DNA of 64,000 nt from Desulfamplus sp. Its GTDB lineage: Bacteria > Desulfobacterota > Desulfobacteria > Desulfobacterales > Desulfobacteraceae. The notes under the pieces are model-generated. The model searched no databases. It was not told where the DNA came from and saw only the letters and a list, made by a program, of their open reading frames with translations. The position numbers and the translations under genes were made by a program. This document shows, one piece after another, positions 30,194-40,713 of this stretch (position 1 is its first letter; every line of letters begins with the position of its first letter). Where the stretch lies: positions 4,383 through 68,382 of the forward strand of contig JADGBC010000001.1 of NCBI GenBank assembly GCA_015231705.1. Reading direction: 5' to 3'.

Positions 30194-30246
30194 TGCCTCC
30201 CTTAATTCTTAATGAGCTTTTTTTTTGAATGATGATATTGATTTTC

Positions 30247-31506
30247 TTAATGAGCCTTTTTTGAATGATGCTCTACATCATTACCATTAGAATCTTCGTC
30301 ATGTTTGTAATCTGGATGTTCATAAAATACGGGCATATATGCTGTAATAAGGCGATAAACTACAATCCCAAGAGTCACAATAAACACTGATGTGGCGATC
30401 TCCATCCAGCTTGGAAAGTAACGTTGAGCTGAAGGCAACTGCCAGTTAAAAGCAACAAGGGAGATATTTAACCGGTTCAATACAATACCAAGTACACCAA
30501 ACACAGAGGCAATACGGGCAAGTTTGACATTCTTATCACGAGCGGCAACAGCATACATGAAGGCTGGCACTGCAACAAAACCAACCAGTTCAAACAAAAA
30601 CCACGCTCCCCATCCGGTAAAGAGATAGTGCCAGTTGTTATCAATGGCAAGGCCGATAATCTTTATACCAAGATATCCCACCATTACAAAAGAGGCTGCC
30701 TTGGAAAAACCCAGAACAACTCCGTCACTTTCACTCAGATGCGTATCATCCATCTTGTCATGAAGATATTTATGAGCAAGACTTCCCTCAAAAATCACCA
30801 TTGACATGCCGGCAAACATGCTTGAAATAAAAAAATAAACGGGCAGATAACCAGAGTACCAGAGAGGATGAAGTTTGGATGGAGCAATCAAAAACAAAGC
30901 ACCAAGTGATGACTGGTGCAAAGTTGAGAGTACAACACCAAAAATTGTGAGCAGCATGGTAAGCCCCACAACAAAATTGCGTATTTTCTTTAAACCAAGC
31001 CACTCGAATGCTGCCGGAGTGAACTCGATAAACAACACATTAAGATAAAGAAAAACACACAGGCCTACTTCAAAAAGAAGGGAAGATGTGCCTTGCGAGT
31101 AAAAGACAGGATAGGGAAGTCTCCAGGGCCGTCCGACATCATAGTTCAAGGCAAAAACAACCAGTGCATAGCCAAGAAAAGCTGTAAGGATAGCGGGTCT
31201 TACTGCAGAATGATACCGTTTAAGACCGAATATGTAGCAGGCTGAAGAGGTAACGTATCCACCAGCTGCAAGGGCAACGCCACACATCAGATCGAATCCA
31301 ATCCATACTCCCCAAGGGTTGTTGTTATCAAGATTTGTAACCGTACCGAGACCGCCAAAAAAACGAGCAACTGTAAGTATAAACCCCATGACCAGTATTA
31401 TAGCAGTAACGACATTAACCGGAGTCCATTCAATTTTATTTATCAGGGGATGCTTTATAATGGTATTGTTCATCAACCTGTTTTTTATAGTATTTTGCAA
31501 TGCCAT
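30247..31506 (-). CDS. hmcC: Hmc complex NrfD/PsrC-family membrane subunit HmcC
   Basis: PWGVWIGFD, DVGRPWRL, LSTLHQSSLG. Confidence 0.9.
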   Translation of the reverse strand: MALQNTIKNRLMNNTIIKHPLINKIEWTPVNVVTAIILVMGFILTVARFFGGLGTVTNLDNNNPWGVWIGFDLMCGVALAAGGYVTSSACYIFGLKRYHSAVRPAILTAFLGYALVVFALNYDVGRPWRLPYPVFYSQGTSSLLFEVGLCVFLYLNVLFIEFTPAAFEWLGLKKIRNFVVGLTMLLTIFGVVLSTLHQSSLGALFLIAPSKLHPLWYSGYLPVYFFISSMFAGMSMVIFEGSLAHKYLHDKMDDTHLSESDGVVLGFSKAASFVMVGYLGIKIIGLAIDNNWHYLFTGWGAWFLFELVGFVAVPAFMYAVAARDKNVKLARIASVFGVLGIVLNRLNISLVAFNWQLPSAQRYFPSWMEIATSVFIVTLGIVVYRLITAYMPVFYEHPDYKHDEDSNGNDVEHHSKKAH

Positions 31507-32814
31507 CTATTTTTCCTCCTCAGGCGAAAGGCTGTCAGAAGCATCAGATGCTTCTTCGTCCTGATCGTCAAACACATCATCACTCTTCTGACTGGCCACC
31601 CCGGCTGCCACTGGCTGTGGTACATCATCACCTGCAGTTCCAGATAATTCAGCCGTTTCTGATGTTTTAGCAGCCTCTGCCTCGTCTGCTGCTTTGGCCT
31701 CCTCTATTGCTTTTGCCGCTCTTGCTGCCTCATCTAAAGCTTTTTTAACCTCTGTCTTAATAGCTGTCTCCTTCTCTTTGGCCATTTTCTTTTTAAGCTC
31801 ATCAAGCTTCTTTGCCATTAGTTCATCTGCCTCTTCCTGAGTTCTGGTAACAGCCGCCTCCTGCTCCTCTTTTGCAATCTTATCTTTTCTTTTTGAGATT
31901 GCATATACTCCTGTAAGAAGTACCGGCCAAAGTCCAACGACAATTGGAACAGCGGAGAGAGCACCAGCCGTAAGTTGAGGTGCTGAATGGGTACCAAGAT
32001 CCTCTCTCATGCCGATCTCACTGAACGGGACAGATGAGAGGTACAACCAGCTTGTCCCCCCCATCTCATGTTCGCCATAAATATGGTCCACGTACTGATC
32101 AGGATACTTCTCGATTCTCATTCTGGCCTGTTTAATAAGATCATCCCTCTCACCGAACACCAATGCCTCTCTTGGACAAATTTTTACACATCCAGGCAGC
32201 TTCCCCTCTTTAATAAGTGGAAGGCACATGGTGCACTTCATCACCCTTGGTGTAAGGGGTTCATCATACTCATATGTTGGAATGTTGAACGGACAGGCAA
32301 CCATGCAGTAACGACAACCCACACAAAGTGATGCGTCATAGGTTACTGCTCCTGTTTTATCCTTTTGGAATGCCTTGACAAAGCATGCTGATGCACAGGC
32401 AGGCTCTAAGCAGTGGTTACACTGTTTTTTTGCATACAGGGCGATGTTTTTCCCTGAGTTGTCAGCTCCTGCATTGCTGCCGTCAGTTTTCTTAATCTCT
32501 GATTTGTCATTTCCTGTTTTTTCAAATTTATTAACGACAGTATGCTCAGTAACTGTCGTTCGCCTCTCTTTTTCCAATACACTTAAATCATCAAATGGAT
32601 GTGCCGGTGCGGGCATGGCATTGACTTCACTGCATGCCTGCTCACATTTACGGCATCCAATGCACTTTGTTGTATCGTGAAGAACACCAAAACTGCCGGG
32701 ATAACCTTTAAATTCCTTATTAGATGCACCGTGGGCAACGGTTCCAGCCAGGGTGGTTGAACCCGCTGCTGCACCGCCTATCCAGCCCAGAAATTGCCTT
32801 CGGGTAATTGCCAT
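31507..32814 (-). CDS. hmcB: Hmc complex 4Fe-4S subunit HmcB
   Basis: Tat signal TRRQFL; CIGCRKC, CNHC..PAC, CVGCRYC..ACP, KCTMC; C-terminal TM and charged tail. Confidence 0.9.
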   Translation of the reverse strand: MAITRRQFLGWIGGAAAGSTTLAGTVAHGASNKEFKGYPGSFGVLHDTTKCIGCRKCEQACSEVNAMPAPAHPFDDLSVLEKERRTTVTEHTVVNKFEKTGNDKSEIKKTDGSNAGADNSGKNIALYAKKQCNHCLEPACASACFVKAFQKDKTGAVTYDASLCVGCRYCMVACPFNIPTYEYDEPLTPRVMKCTMCLPLIKEGKLPGCVKICPREALVFGERDDLIKQARMRIEKYPDQYVDHIYGEHEMGGTSWLYLSSVPFSEIGMREDLGTHSAPQLTAGALSAVPIVVGLWPVLLTGVYAISKRKDKIAKEEQEAAVTRTQEEADELMAKKLDELKKKMAKEKETAIKTEVKKALDEAARAAKAIEEAKAADEAEAAKTSETAELSGTAGDDVPQPVAAGVASQKSDDVFDDQDEEASDASDSLSPEEEK

Positions 32815-32858
32815 AATATTCCTCTGTTTTTTTTACCTAAGTATCGATTAGCGGGTTT

Positions 32859-34529
32859 CTATTTCTTTTCCTTGTGGCACTTATTGCAATCTGTTGCCGC
32901 AACTGCCTCAATATTCATTTTCTGATGACAGGTAATACACTGGCCGTGATATGCACCTTTTAGACCGGGCCTGCCATCTCCTTTAGTATCTGCCTTGCCA
33001 TGACAGGAGCCGCACTTCTGGGGTTTCTCTGTGGCCGGACTGTTATGATGACATCCCATGCACAGCACAGTTTCATCACCATGAAAAGTCTTTGCCATGC
33101 TGTTTTTCTCGATCCGTTTCTGGATTGATTTTATGATTTTGGAATGGGGAAAATCAGAAGCCTCATACTTATCTGCAATATAGCCAATACTTACCTTCTC
33201 GGGAATCTTGTCATCTGCCACCTTCTTAAAGGAATTGTTGCGTTCCTCAACGATTTTCCTTGCCGTATCTGATACAGCAGCTTTGTCCATTGTCGTAAGG
33301 TCAATTGTTTGAGCATCAACACCATGACATGTTGAACAGCTTCTGTCGTTGTCTGCAAATGATTTTTTTGGCATCTGATCATGACAACCGGCACAGTCAG
33401 CGGCTCTCTTATGGCTATTGTGACATCCTATGCAGCTTTGATCGCTTTTATTGTCATGCATGGCCTTTTCAAGTTTGACAAATCCACCCTTTTCGCTGCC
33501 AGTTGCAGTATGGCACTCTTTACAGTTTTCAAGGCTGTTATGGTGACATGTTCTACAGTTTTTTGACATTTTTTCATGATTCTGGTGGTCAAATACAACA
33601 TGATTCATAAGCTGCTTGGAAGCCTTGGCAATCTCTTCAGGTGATTTGAGAGCCGGGTCCAGACCGGTAATTATTGCCATATCAGGCTGATCTCTCTTCA
33701 GTCTGGGAACATCCTGGAGTTTTTGAATCTTCTTCTGTGCCTCAAGATCATGACATCCCTTGCAGTCAATAGGGCCCGCAAAATCTTTCATCTCAACAAA
33801 ATGACAGTTGACACAGGCATTGTGAGATACATTACGCATGGAGTCCGCCTTGTCTACCTTAACATCTTTATGGCAGTAAAGACATGAGTCCTCTTTTCCT
33901 TTTTCATAAAATATCTTTTGCGTTTTTTCATCATAGGAGTGATGGCAGGCACTGCAATTGGTCTCATCATTGACCTGGTTAGTCTCGGCAGCCTCTTCAG
34001 TCGCTGTACCAGTTGTGCTTTTTGCAGCCCCAACTATGGATTTTGATTTTTCATGGCGGTTGTGAAGTGATTTATCAAACTCAATGGGATTCCAGGTTGA
34101 CTCCATATCAGCATTGCTATTATGACAATCACGGCACTGTGCCTCAAGAGGACCACCTTTTTTACCTGATGATTTTACTTCAGCATGACAGGCAACACAG
34201 TTGTCATGGTAAATCACCATATCTGTTTTAGTATCGGTATCCTTAAGCCGTTTGAACTTAAATACAAACCGGTCATTCTCCTTTAAATGACATACACTGC
34301 AATCATTCTTCTTCACCTGTTCCGTGTGAAGATCATGAAAAAAGGTTACCCCAGGCATCTGGTCTCCACCCGGAATAGCCGCAAGGTCGATTACAATACC
34401 ATCGGATCTCCCCTGTTGGAGCAGATCAGAAGCCTTGGCATACAGGCTCGTCTGCTCCATTAAGAGAAATGCAAGGAAGGTTGTGCAACACACACACATC
34501 AACCTCAGAGATAATGTTTTTTTATACAT
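32859..34529 (-). CDS. hmcA: High-molecular-weight 16-heme cytochrome c HmcA
   Basis: Signal peptide; 16 CxxCH motifs counted. Confidence 0.93.
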   Translation of the reverse strand: MYKKTLSLRLMCVCCTTFLAFLLMEQTSLYAKASDLLQQGRSDGIVIDLAAIPGGDQMPGVTFFHDLHTEQVKKNDCSVCHLKENDRFVFKFKRLKDTDTKTDMVIYHDNCVACHAEVKSSGKKGGPLEAQCRDCHNSNADMESTWNPIEFDKSLHNRHEKSKSIVGAAKSTTGTATEEAAETNQVNDETNCSACHHSYDEKTQKIFYEKGKEDSCLYCHKDVKVDKADSMRNVSHNACVNCHFVEMKDFAGPIDCKGCHDLEAQKKIQKLQDVPRLKRDQPDMAIITGLDPALKSPEEIAKASKQLMNHVVFDHQNHEKMSKNCRTCHHNSLENCKECHTATGSEKGGFVKLEKAMHDNKSDQSCIGCHNSHKRAADCAGCHDQMPKKSFADNDRSCSTCHGVDAQTIDLTTMDKAAVSDTARKIVEERNNSFKKVADDKIPEKVSIGYIADKYEASDFPHSKIIKSIQKRIEKNSMAKTFHGDETVLCMGCHHNSPATEKPQKCGSCHGKADTKGDGRPGLKGAYHGQCITCHQKMNIEAVAATDCNKCHKEKK

Positions 34530-34570
34530 GGTTAATTCCTCTTGTTGAATCATGAAAATTGACTGTTTTT

Positions 34571-34620
34571 ATACCTAAACTCATATAGTCTGGTATATCC
34601 ATACTTTTTTAGTATGGTTT
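34571..34620. promoter_or_regulatory. Two tandem IscR/Rrf2-like palindromic operators upstream of hmcA
   Basis: ATACCTAAACT-catat-AGTCTGGTAT and CCATACT-ttttt-AGTATGG, just downstream of a minus-strand TTGACA (34645-34650). Confidence 0.55.
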
Positions 34621-34949
34621 ACCTTTAAAAGAGTTCAGTAACCTTGTCAATAAAAAAAACAACAGAAAAAAATATGGCTTCAGGTGATGATTTTCATTCA
34701 GTACTCCAAGATACTTAAGAGAGTTTTTAAATCAAACTTAACATAATCTTGGTTTATAAGAACAAGAAAATAGTTGCCTCTTTCTGTAATAGTTTTTATA
34801 GAGTGTAAACAACTCATCAGTCATATTCTATACTCTATTGATGCAATATATGGGGTTAAATGAGAATCTGAAACAACACATACTGTATGAGCAATGAGAA
34901 CTTGCGAATCACAATCAACCAAATAAAATCAGAAAAAGGAGTTATAAGT

Positions 34950-35885
34950 ATGACAATTTTAAATGATATTACAAAGACCTGCGGCTGCACACCCATGATC
35001 CATCTTAATAAAATCAGCTCTGCATACCATGCCAATATTATTGTAAAAGCTGAATTTTTCAATCCAATGGGAAGTGTCAAAGATAGAATCGGACTTGCAA
35101 TGGTTGAAGATGCCGAAAAAAGAGGGAAGATAACTCCTGCGTCTCAAGATACCCCTGGCTCCTTGATTGTTGAACCAACCAGCGGCAACACCGGTATAGG
35201 ACTTGCCCTTGCAGCTGCATTCAAAGGATATCGCCTGATTCTGACAATGCCTGATACATTAAGCATTGAGAGACGAAAACTGATGGCCCATCTTGGTGCC
35301 ACACTTGTCTTAACTCCAGGAGCTGAAGGGATGAAAGGGGCAATCAAAAAAGCAAAGGAGATCATAGAAGAAAATCCTGGTGCATTCATGCCCAATCAGT
35401 TTGAAAATCCTGCCAACCCCGAGATCCACAGAAAGACCACAGCTGAAGAGATCTGGTATGATACAGAAGGAAACATCGATTTTCTGGTGGCTGGTGTGGG
35501 AACCGGTGGGACAATAACTGGTGTTTCCGAAGTTCTCAAAGCCCGCAAACCATCATTTAAAGCTGTTGCTGTTGAACCTGCCGCATCTCCGGTTCTATCA
35601 GGCGGTACTCCTGGACCACATAAAATTCAGGGCATTGGTGCAGGGTTTGTTCCACCGATACTTAACAGAGATATAATTGATGAGATCATTCAGGTAACCA
35701 ATGAAGACGCTATTAACGGAGCAAGAACTCTTGCTTCAATTGAAGGACTTTTATGCGGGATATCTTCCGGTGCCGCATTTCATGCAGCAACTGTGATTGC
35801 AGCAAGAGAAGAGAACAGAGGCAAAAATATTGTTGTGATCCTTCCTGATACAGGAGAGCGATACATCAGTACAGAACTCTTTTAA
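34950..35885 (+). CDS. cysK: Cysteine synthase A
   Basis: NPMGSVKDR (PLP Lys), [29 protein letters not shown]. Confidence 0.95.
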   Translation: MTILNDITKTCGCTPMIHLNKISSAYHANIIVKAEFFNPMGSVKDRIGLAMVEDAEKRGKITPASQDTPGSLIVEPTSGNTGIGLALAAAFKGYRLILTMPDTLSIERRKLMAHLGATLVLTPGAEGMKGAIKKAKEIIEENPGAFMPNQFENPANPEIHRKTTAEEIWYDTEGNIDFLVAGVGTGGTITGVSEVLKARKPSFKAVAVEPAASPVLSGGTPGPHKIQGIGAGFVPPILNRDIIDEIIQVTNEDAINGARTLASIEGLLCGISSGAAFHAATVIAAREENRGKNIVVILPDTGERYISTELF

Positions 35886-36339
35886 TGCTCAATGCCGGTA
35901 GATTTCAATATCAACCGCTTCAGGGAATCTCTCCAGAAAACGGTAGTATCACATTAGGGCGTTTTCTCAAGGGAGATAAGAGTATATCTACCGGAAACAC
36001 GTATCATTAATAGAATTTATTTGACTAATGAAAAAATAATATTGTATCATCAAGAAATATTTCTCAATCTCACCTACATATATAAAATATCCTTCTTCGA
36101 TCTGCTATTTACAACAGGCTTCAACCGTAATATAGGAACTTTTAGGCACCCTTCATATGACCCAAAAATCAGTTGACACTCTTTTTGAGATAATTCCCAA
36201 AAAAATGGGGGTTCTTGCCTCAAAAATTGTAAACAGCCAAATGAAAGATGTCTATTTTTTTCTGACATAATTCTAAAGAGTCAAACGGTTAACTTTGGAG
36301 AGATGTTCAACAACTTACATGTTGACAAAGGAGGCGTTT

Positions 36340-39300
36340 ATGGAGCAATTCAAAAAAGGTGGATGTGTCTGGAAAAGCAGCTTGCAAATGCTGATACTTG
36401 CAATAATGCTATGCTGTTTTACGTCAATCAGTCATGCTGCACCAGAGACATATTCAAGCTGGACAAAAGATCTTTCTGAAGATGCAGACCCTGAAAAACT
36501 GTATAGACACGAATATCCAAAAGTGGTTGTGTCTGAAGACTATGTGCATGTAGTCTGGCGTGCATATAAAAAAGATTATTCAGGACATTCAAAACTTCTT
36601 TACCGCCGTTCTATTGACGGTGGAGAGACATTTGAAGAGCCTGTTACTCTTATATCACAAGAAAAAGATATCTACTTTAATGCAGAGTACAACAATGTGG
36701 TTGCTGATGGTCAGTATCTGCATATTTTTTATACCTATGGATGGCCATCCCAGTTAATCTATCTCAGGTCAGGTAATTATGGACAAACTTTTGATGATCC
36801 GGTTACTTTCAGCTCTGAATATCACTCTTATTCTGGTATCTACATAACTGCTGAATCTAGCAAGGTTGCAGTTGCATGGTCAACCAATAATAATAACGGA
36901 CATAACAATATCTACTGCTCATATTCAGATGATGGAGGAGAAAATTTCACCACAACCACTGTTACACATGATGACGATTCGAGCAAACCATCCATTTACC
37001 AATATTCTGTGGTTGATGCCATAAGATCAGGAGACTATATATATATACTTTCTGTCACCCAAGATCAAAATTACTACACTTCCCAGAACCATCTTTATCT
37101 ATGGGCATCAACAGACGGAGGCAAGAGTTTTAAATCCCCACAAAAAGTGAATCTGCCTGATGCAAATAAAGGCTATTATACAAGAAAACTCCAGGATGTG
37201 GACTATTCTCCCAACATGGCCACATCTGGAAAAGAGATAATCATCACATGGCTTAACGTTGACAATCCAGGGGGATTTGATGGATGGCAGGCAGTTACCT
37301 TAAGGACAAGAAGATCGCTGGATGCTGGCACAACTCTGGAAAATCCGACCACTCTGCACACATTTCCTTCAGGATACCATAGTGGTGCAAACGCGGGTCT
37401 TGAGACAATAACCCGCAACGGCAATTCTGTATATGTGACGACGGTGGTCAGCAATGATCCTCCGGGAACCTATGTATGGAGCTCACAAGATGGTGGAGCG
37501 ACATGGGAAGAACCTGTCAGGCTCTCCGCAGGCGGATGGTGGCCACATATCAATGTCGATGACTCTCATGTCAATGTGGTCAATAGCTGGTTCTATCAGT
37601 CAGATGACGCAGGTAAAACCTTTAACGGCGGAGTTAATCCTCAATATAATTTCAACAACTGGTATAGCCCGACCATGGTTACAGACAAAAATGGAGCAGT
37701 TCATTATGTAGGTTCTTCAGCTACTCACTCCAACAGTTATGACAATGTAATTCTTTATCGCAAAATAGGTTCTCAACCGCTGCCAGGAGCAGAAAACAAG
37801 GCCGTACAGCTCATCAAATTAGAAGGTGATCGAAGAAGAGATAACATACAGGTTCCGGCAGGAGCTGACCTTAATTTTACAAACGCCATGACAGCGGAAA
37901 TTTGGGTTAAGCGGAATTCAGACGAGGACAGTTATTATGCAACATTGTTAAGAAAAAAGAAATTGAGCGGCGATGGTTCATATGTGTTGGGGGCATGGAA
38001 TGACTTTCAGATTTACAGCCGGATAGTGACCGATAATTCTACCAATAAAAACTCCGGTGAATGGCTTGGAACCGAAAGTACTCTTGAAAAAGGCATCTGG
38101 ACTCATCTTGCAATGACCTATGACGCTGATGTGTCTGCTGACAACTGGAAAATTTACGTCAATGGAATTCTGGCTGCCAAGGCAACTATCAAAGGTAAAA
38201 TTTTGACAGATACCATGGATTCTCCTCTGGTAATCGGATATGACGGCACTTCTTATACTGGAGACTGCATTGTAGATGAAGTGCGTTTATGGAACAGGGC
38301 GTTGAGTGAAATTGAAATCAAAAACCAGATGAATACACCACTGAGCGGAACCGAGAGTGGTTTAAAAGTCTATCTCAACTTTGACGATACGTTTAAAGAC
38401 ATTACTCAGCGTGGAAATGATGGGATTCCCATGTATATGGAGAGTTTTGTGGAGTCAGATATACCAAAGAGTGAGGATATAAGTCAGGATGTGGCTCTAA
38501 CCATAGACGAATCAAACATAGATGACTTTTATCCTGCTCATGAATTTAACAGCAACTTCCTTACACACAGCTACAATCCATTTGGTGCGGGAGATAATAT
38601 CTTTGAATCATGCAGTTTAAAAGTCGGAGACGGGGGAGTCCGTATAGAAAATCTGCTTATGGACGTTAAAGCCTACTGGCTGGATCTGATTCTAAATATC
38701 AACAACCCATCTTTGCCTCTTGAAATCCAAAATATCGGAACAGGCTCTCCTCCGGCTCATTCTCCTGAATGGGATGCTAACCTGCCGGTTATTGACTTTA
38801 AGCTCTCAACCGCTGATGTTTTTGGTCCTCCGTTTCAGATCACACTGTTTAATGTTGGCATTGCCGATAAAAGTTATGATCTTGATTTTATATTTGACGG
38901 TGCAACAGGACTTTTCAACTTAGCAGATTTCCGTGAATCTGGTTATCTTCATTATTTGAATTCCGGTTCAAATAACTGGTTAGGCGTTATTACCAAAAGT
39001 GCAGTATCACCTTCCTTCAATCTTTCTGATGGAATTTCCATGAATAATGTCGATTTTGGTGACCGCATTGGCTTTAGCTGGAGTGATAGTGGAGTTCAGG
39101 ATTATCTGTCAATAGATTATGGCGATAGAACTGATATTCAATCTTTTAAATTTAATTTTAACACCGCAGTTGGAAGTTATTTACACCCCGACAGTTTTTT
39201 CAGATATTCAGCCAGATATTCAGGAGCTTATAGACGACTCTCTGAGAAGTCAGGAGCAAAGATATCAAACAGTCTGGCTTCTTCCTTATTAGATTTTTCT

Positions 39301-40701
39301 TTATTGGGAAAAAAATTGACTACTTCCGAATCGCTTGACCAGTGCATTGAAAATCAGACGCTTATAAATGTTGAACTTGCCGCAGACAATGATCTTCAAA
39401 GTGCATTATATGATCTGACATTTGCCATTTTTGACAAACTCAAAATATATGACAGCAAAGACCAGGAGGCTTTTACTGCTGTAAAATCCTTTATCTCGGA
39501 CAGTAAAGATTCTATTGCGGACATGATCTCTAACGGACAGGTAAATCCCGAGACACTGACAGTGCTGATTGGCACAACTATTGTTAAAAACGCCACTCCA
39601 GAGCAGCATCAGAAAATTATAAAAGCTGTATGGGGTGATGATCCTGAAAAAAATATGCCTGGATATATTCAGTCTCTTGCCGCCGCTTCCGGAGATACTG
39701 CGGAAAAACAATATAAACAGGCACTATTGGCATTTACAAAAGGAGCTGTCTCAACTGCGTTTCCATTACTGAGTGCTTCTGCAAAAACTATTATTGAAGC
39801 TAAAAAATGGGCTATTGATATAATGTCCAATAAGGAGATTCAAGAGTCATACAGAGCCTTTAAAAACATTGGGGGCGGAGACTGGGATTTCTTTGATCAG
39901 GTAAACTCAAAGATCAATCCAAACATACGAATGAAGATCAAAAACATACTTAAAAATCAGGGAAAATCTGAAACAGATGCCAATATAAATGAATACCTGA
40001 AAAATACATTTAACAATTGGTATCAGAAGGAAACGCAAGAGATGTCTAAAATAAAAGAGTCTCTACAGAGTTTGAAAGACGAATATATGAAAGATTACTA
40101 TGATTTTGACAGTGCCATGAAAAAATTGCTTGGAGAAGATGCTTCAGAATGTGAAAAATTTGCAAAATTCGTAGAGTTGACAGGAAAATTCACCATGGAT
40201 CTGAAAAGCTCTATGGGGAAATGCAAATATGGAAAGCCTTCCTCAGATGATATAAAAAATCAGGCAGTTTTTATGGTCAAAAATTATTTTATAAGCAGCT
40301 CCAGTGCCACAAACAGAACCAATTATCAAAAAAATAAATTAACATTCCTAAAAGCACGGGATTGTTTTAATTACGAAAAAAAGCAAAGCGGCGATAACAC
40401 ATCAACGGATATAAGTCTGACTGATCAGCAGAAAAAAGACTTTTTGGACTGTGCATGTCGCTGTTCATCTGGATGGGCAGGTCATATTGGGGTATGGTAT
40501 GATCCAAATCCTGCGAGCACAACCGAGAATGGAGGGGAAGGACCATGTATAGGAGGAGTGGGTTCTTATGGCGGTTCAAGAAGACATCAGCTTATAGTAA
40601 ATGATTGCACCAAGAGCTGCTGGCCAAGCAATGTTGGTACATACAACTCAACAGCAGTTGAAAAATTTTTAAAACAGGAAAATGAGAACTTTGGAAAATG
40701 A
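36340..40701 (+). CDS. Large secreted protein: BNR/Asp-box propeller + LamG-like domain + uncharacterised Cys-rich C-terminus
   Basis: AAGGAGG RBS, signal peptide, seven SxDxGxT(F/W)-type boxes, LamG motif WTHLAMTYD..IYVNG..DEVRLWNRALS. Confidence 0.75.
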   Translation: MEQFKKGGCVWKSSLQMLILAIMLCCFTSISHAAPETYSSWTKDLSEDADPEKLYRHEYPKVVVSEDYVHVVWRAYKKDYSGHSKLLYRRSIDGGETFEEPVTLISQEKDIYFNAEYNNVVADGQYLHIFYTYGWPSQLIYLRSGNYGQTFDDPVTFSSEYHSYSGIYITAESSKVAVAWSTNNNNGHNNIYCSYSDDGGENFTTTTVTHDDDSSKPSIYQYSVVDAIRSGDYIYILSVTQDQNYYTSQNHLYLWASTDGGKSFKSPQKVNLPDANKGYYTRKLQDVDYSPNMATSGKEIIITWLNVDNPGGFDGWQAVTLRTRRSLDAGTTLENPTTLHTFPSGYHSGANAGLETITRNGNSVYVTTVVSNDPPGTYVWSSQDGGATWEEPVRLSAGGWWPHINVDDSHVNVVNSWFYQSDDAGKTFNGGVNPQYNFNNWYSPTMVTDKNGAVHYVGSSATHSNSYDNVILYRKIGSQPLPGAENKAVQLIKLEGDRRRDNIQVPAGADLNFTNAMTAEIWVKRNSDEDSYYATLLRKKKLSGDGSYVLGAWNDFQIYSRIVTDNSTNKNSGEWLGTESTLEKGIWTHLAMTYDADVSADNWKIYVNGILAAKATIKGKILTDTMDSPLVIGYDGTSYTGDCIVDEVRLWNRALSEIEIKNQMNTPLSGTESGLKVYLNFDDTFKDITQRGNDGIPMYMESFVESDIPKSEDISQDVALTIDESNIDDFYPAHEFNSNFLTHSYNPFGAGDNIFESCSLKVGDGGVRIENLLMDVKAYWLDLILNINNPSLPLEIQNIGTGSPPAHSPEWDANLPVIDFKLSTADVFGPPFQITLFNVGIADKSYDLDFIFDGATGLFNLADFRESGYLHYLNSGSNNWLGVITKSAVSPSFNLSDGISMNNVDFGDRIGFSWSDSGVQDYLSIDYGDRTDIQSFKFNFNTAVGSYLHPDSFFRYSARYSGAYRRLSEKSGAKISNSLASSLLDFSLLGKKLTTSESLDQCIENQTLINVELAADNDLQSALYDLTFAIFDKLKIYDSKDQEAFTAVKSFISDSKDSIADMISNGQVNPETLTVLIGTTIVKNATPEQHQKIIKAVWGDDPEKNMPGYIQSLAAASGDTAEKQYKQALLAFTKGAVSTAFPLLSASAKTIIEAKKWAIDIMSNKEIQESYRAFKNIGGGDWDFFDQVNSKINPNIRMKIKNILKNQGKSETDANINEYLKNTFNNWYQKETQEMSKIKESLQSLKDEYMKDYYDFDSAMKKLLGEDASECEKFAKFVELTGKFTMDLKSSMGKCKYGKPSSDDIKNQAVFMVKNYFISSSSATNRTNYQKNKLTFLKARDCFNYEKKQSGDNTSTDISLTDQQKKDFLDCACRCSSGWAGHIGVWYDPNPASTTENGGEGPCIGGVGSYGGSRRHQLIVNDCTKSCWPSNVGTYNSTAVEKFLKQENENFGK

Positions 40702-40713
40702 AAGGAGGATAAA

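Noticed and set aside
27669-34529. Multiheme cytochrome cluster as a novel electron conduit
   Set aside because: Gene order and 16 hemes match the known Hmc complex
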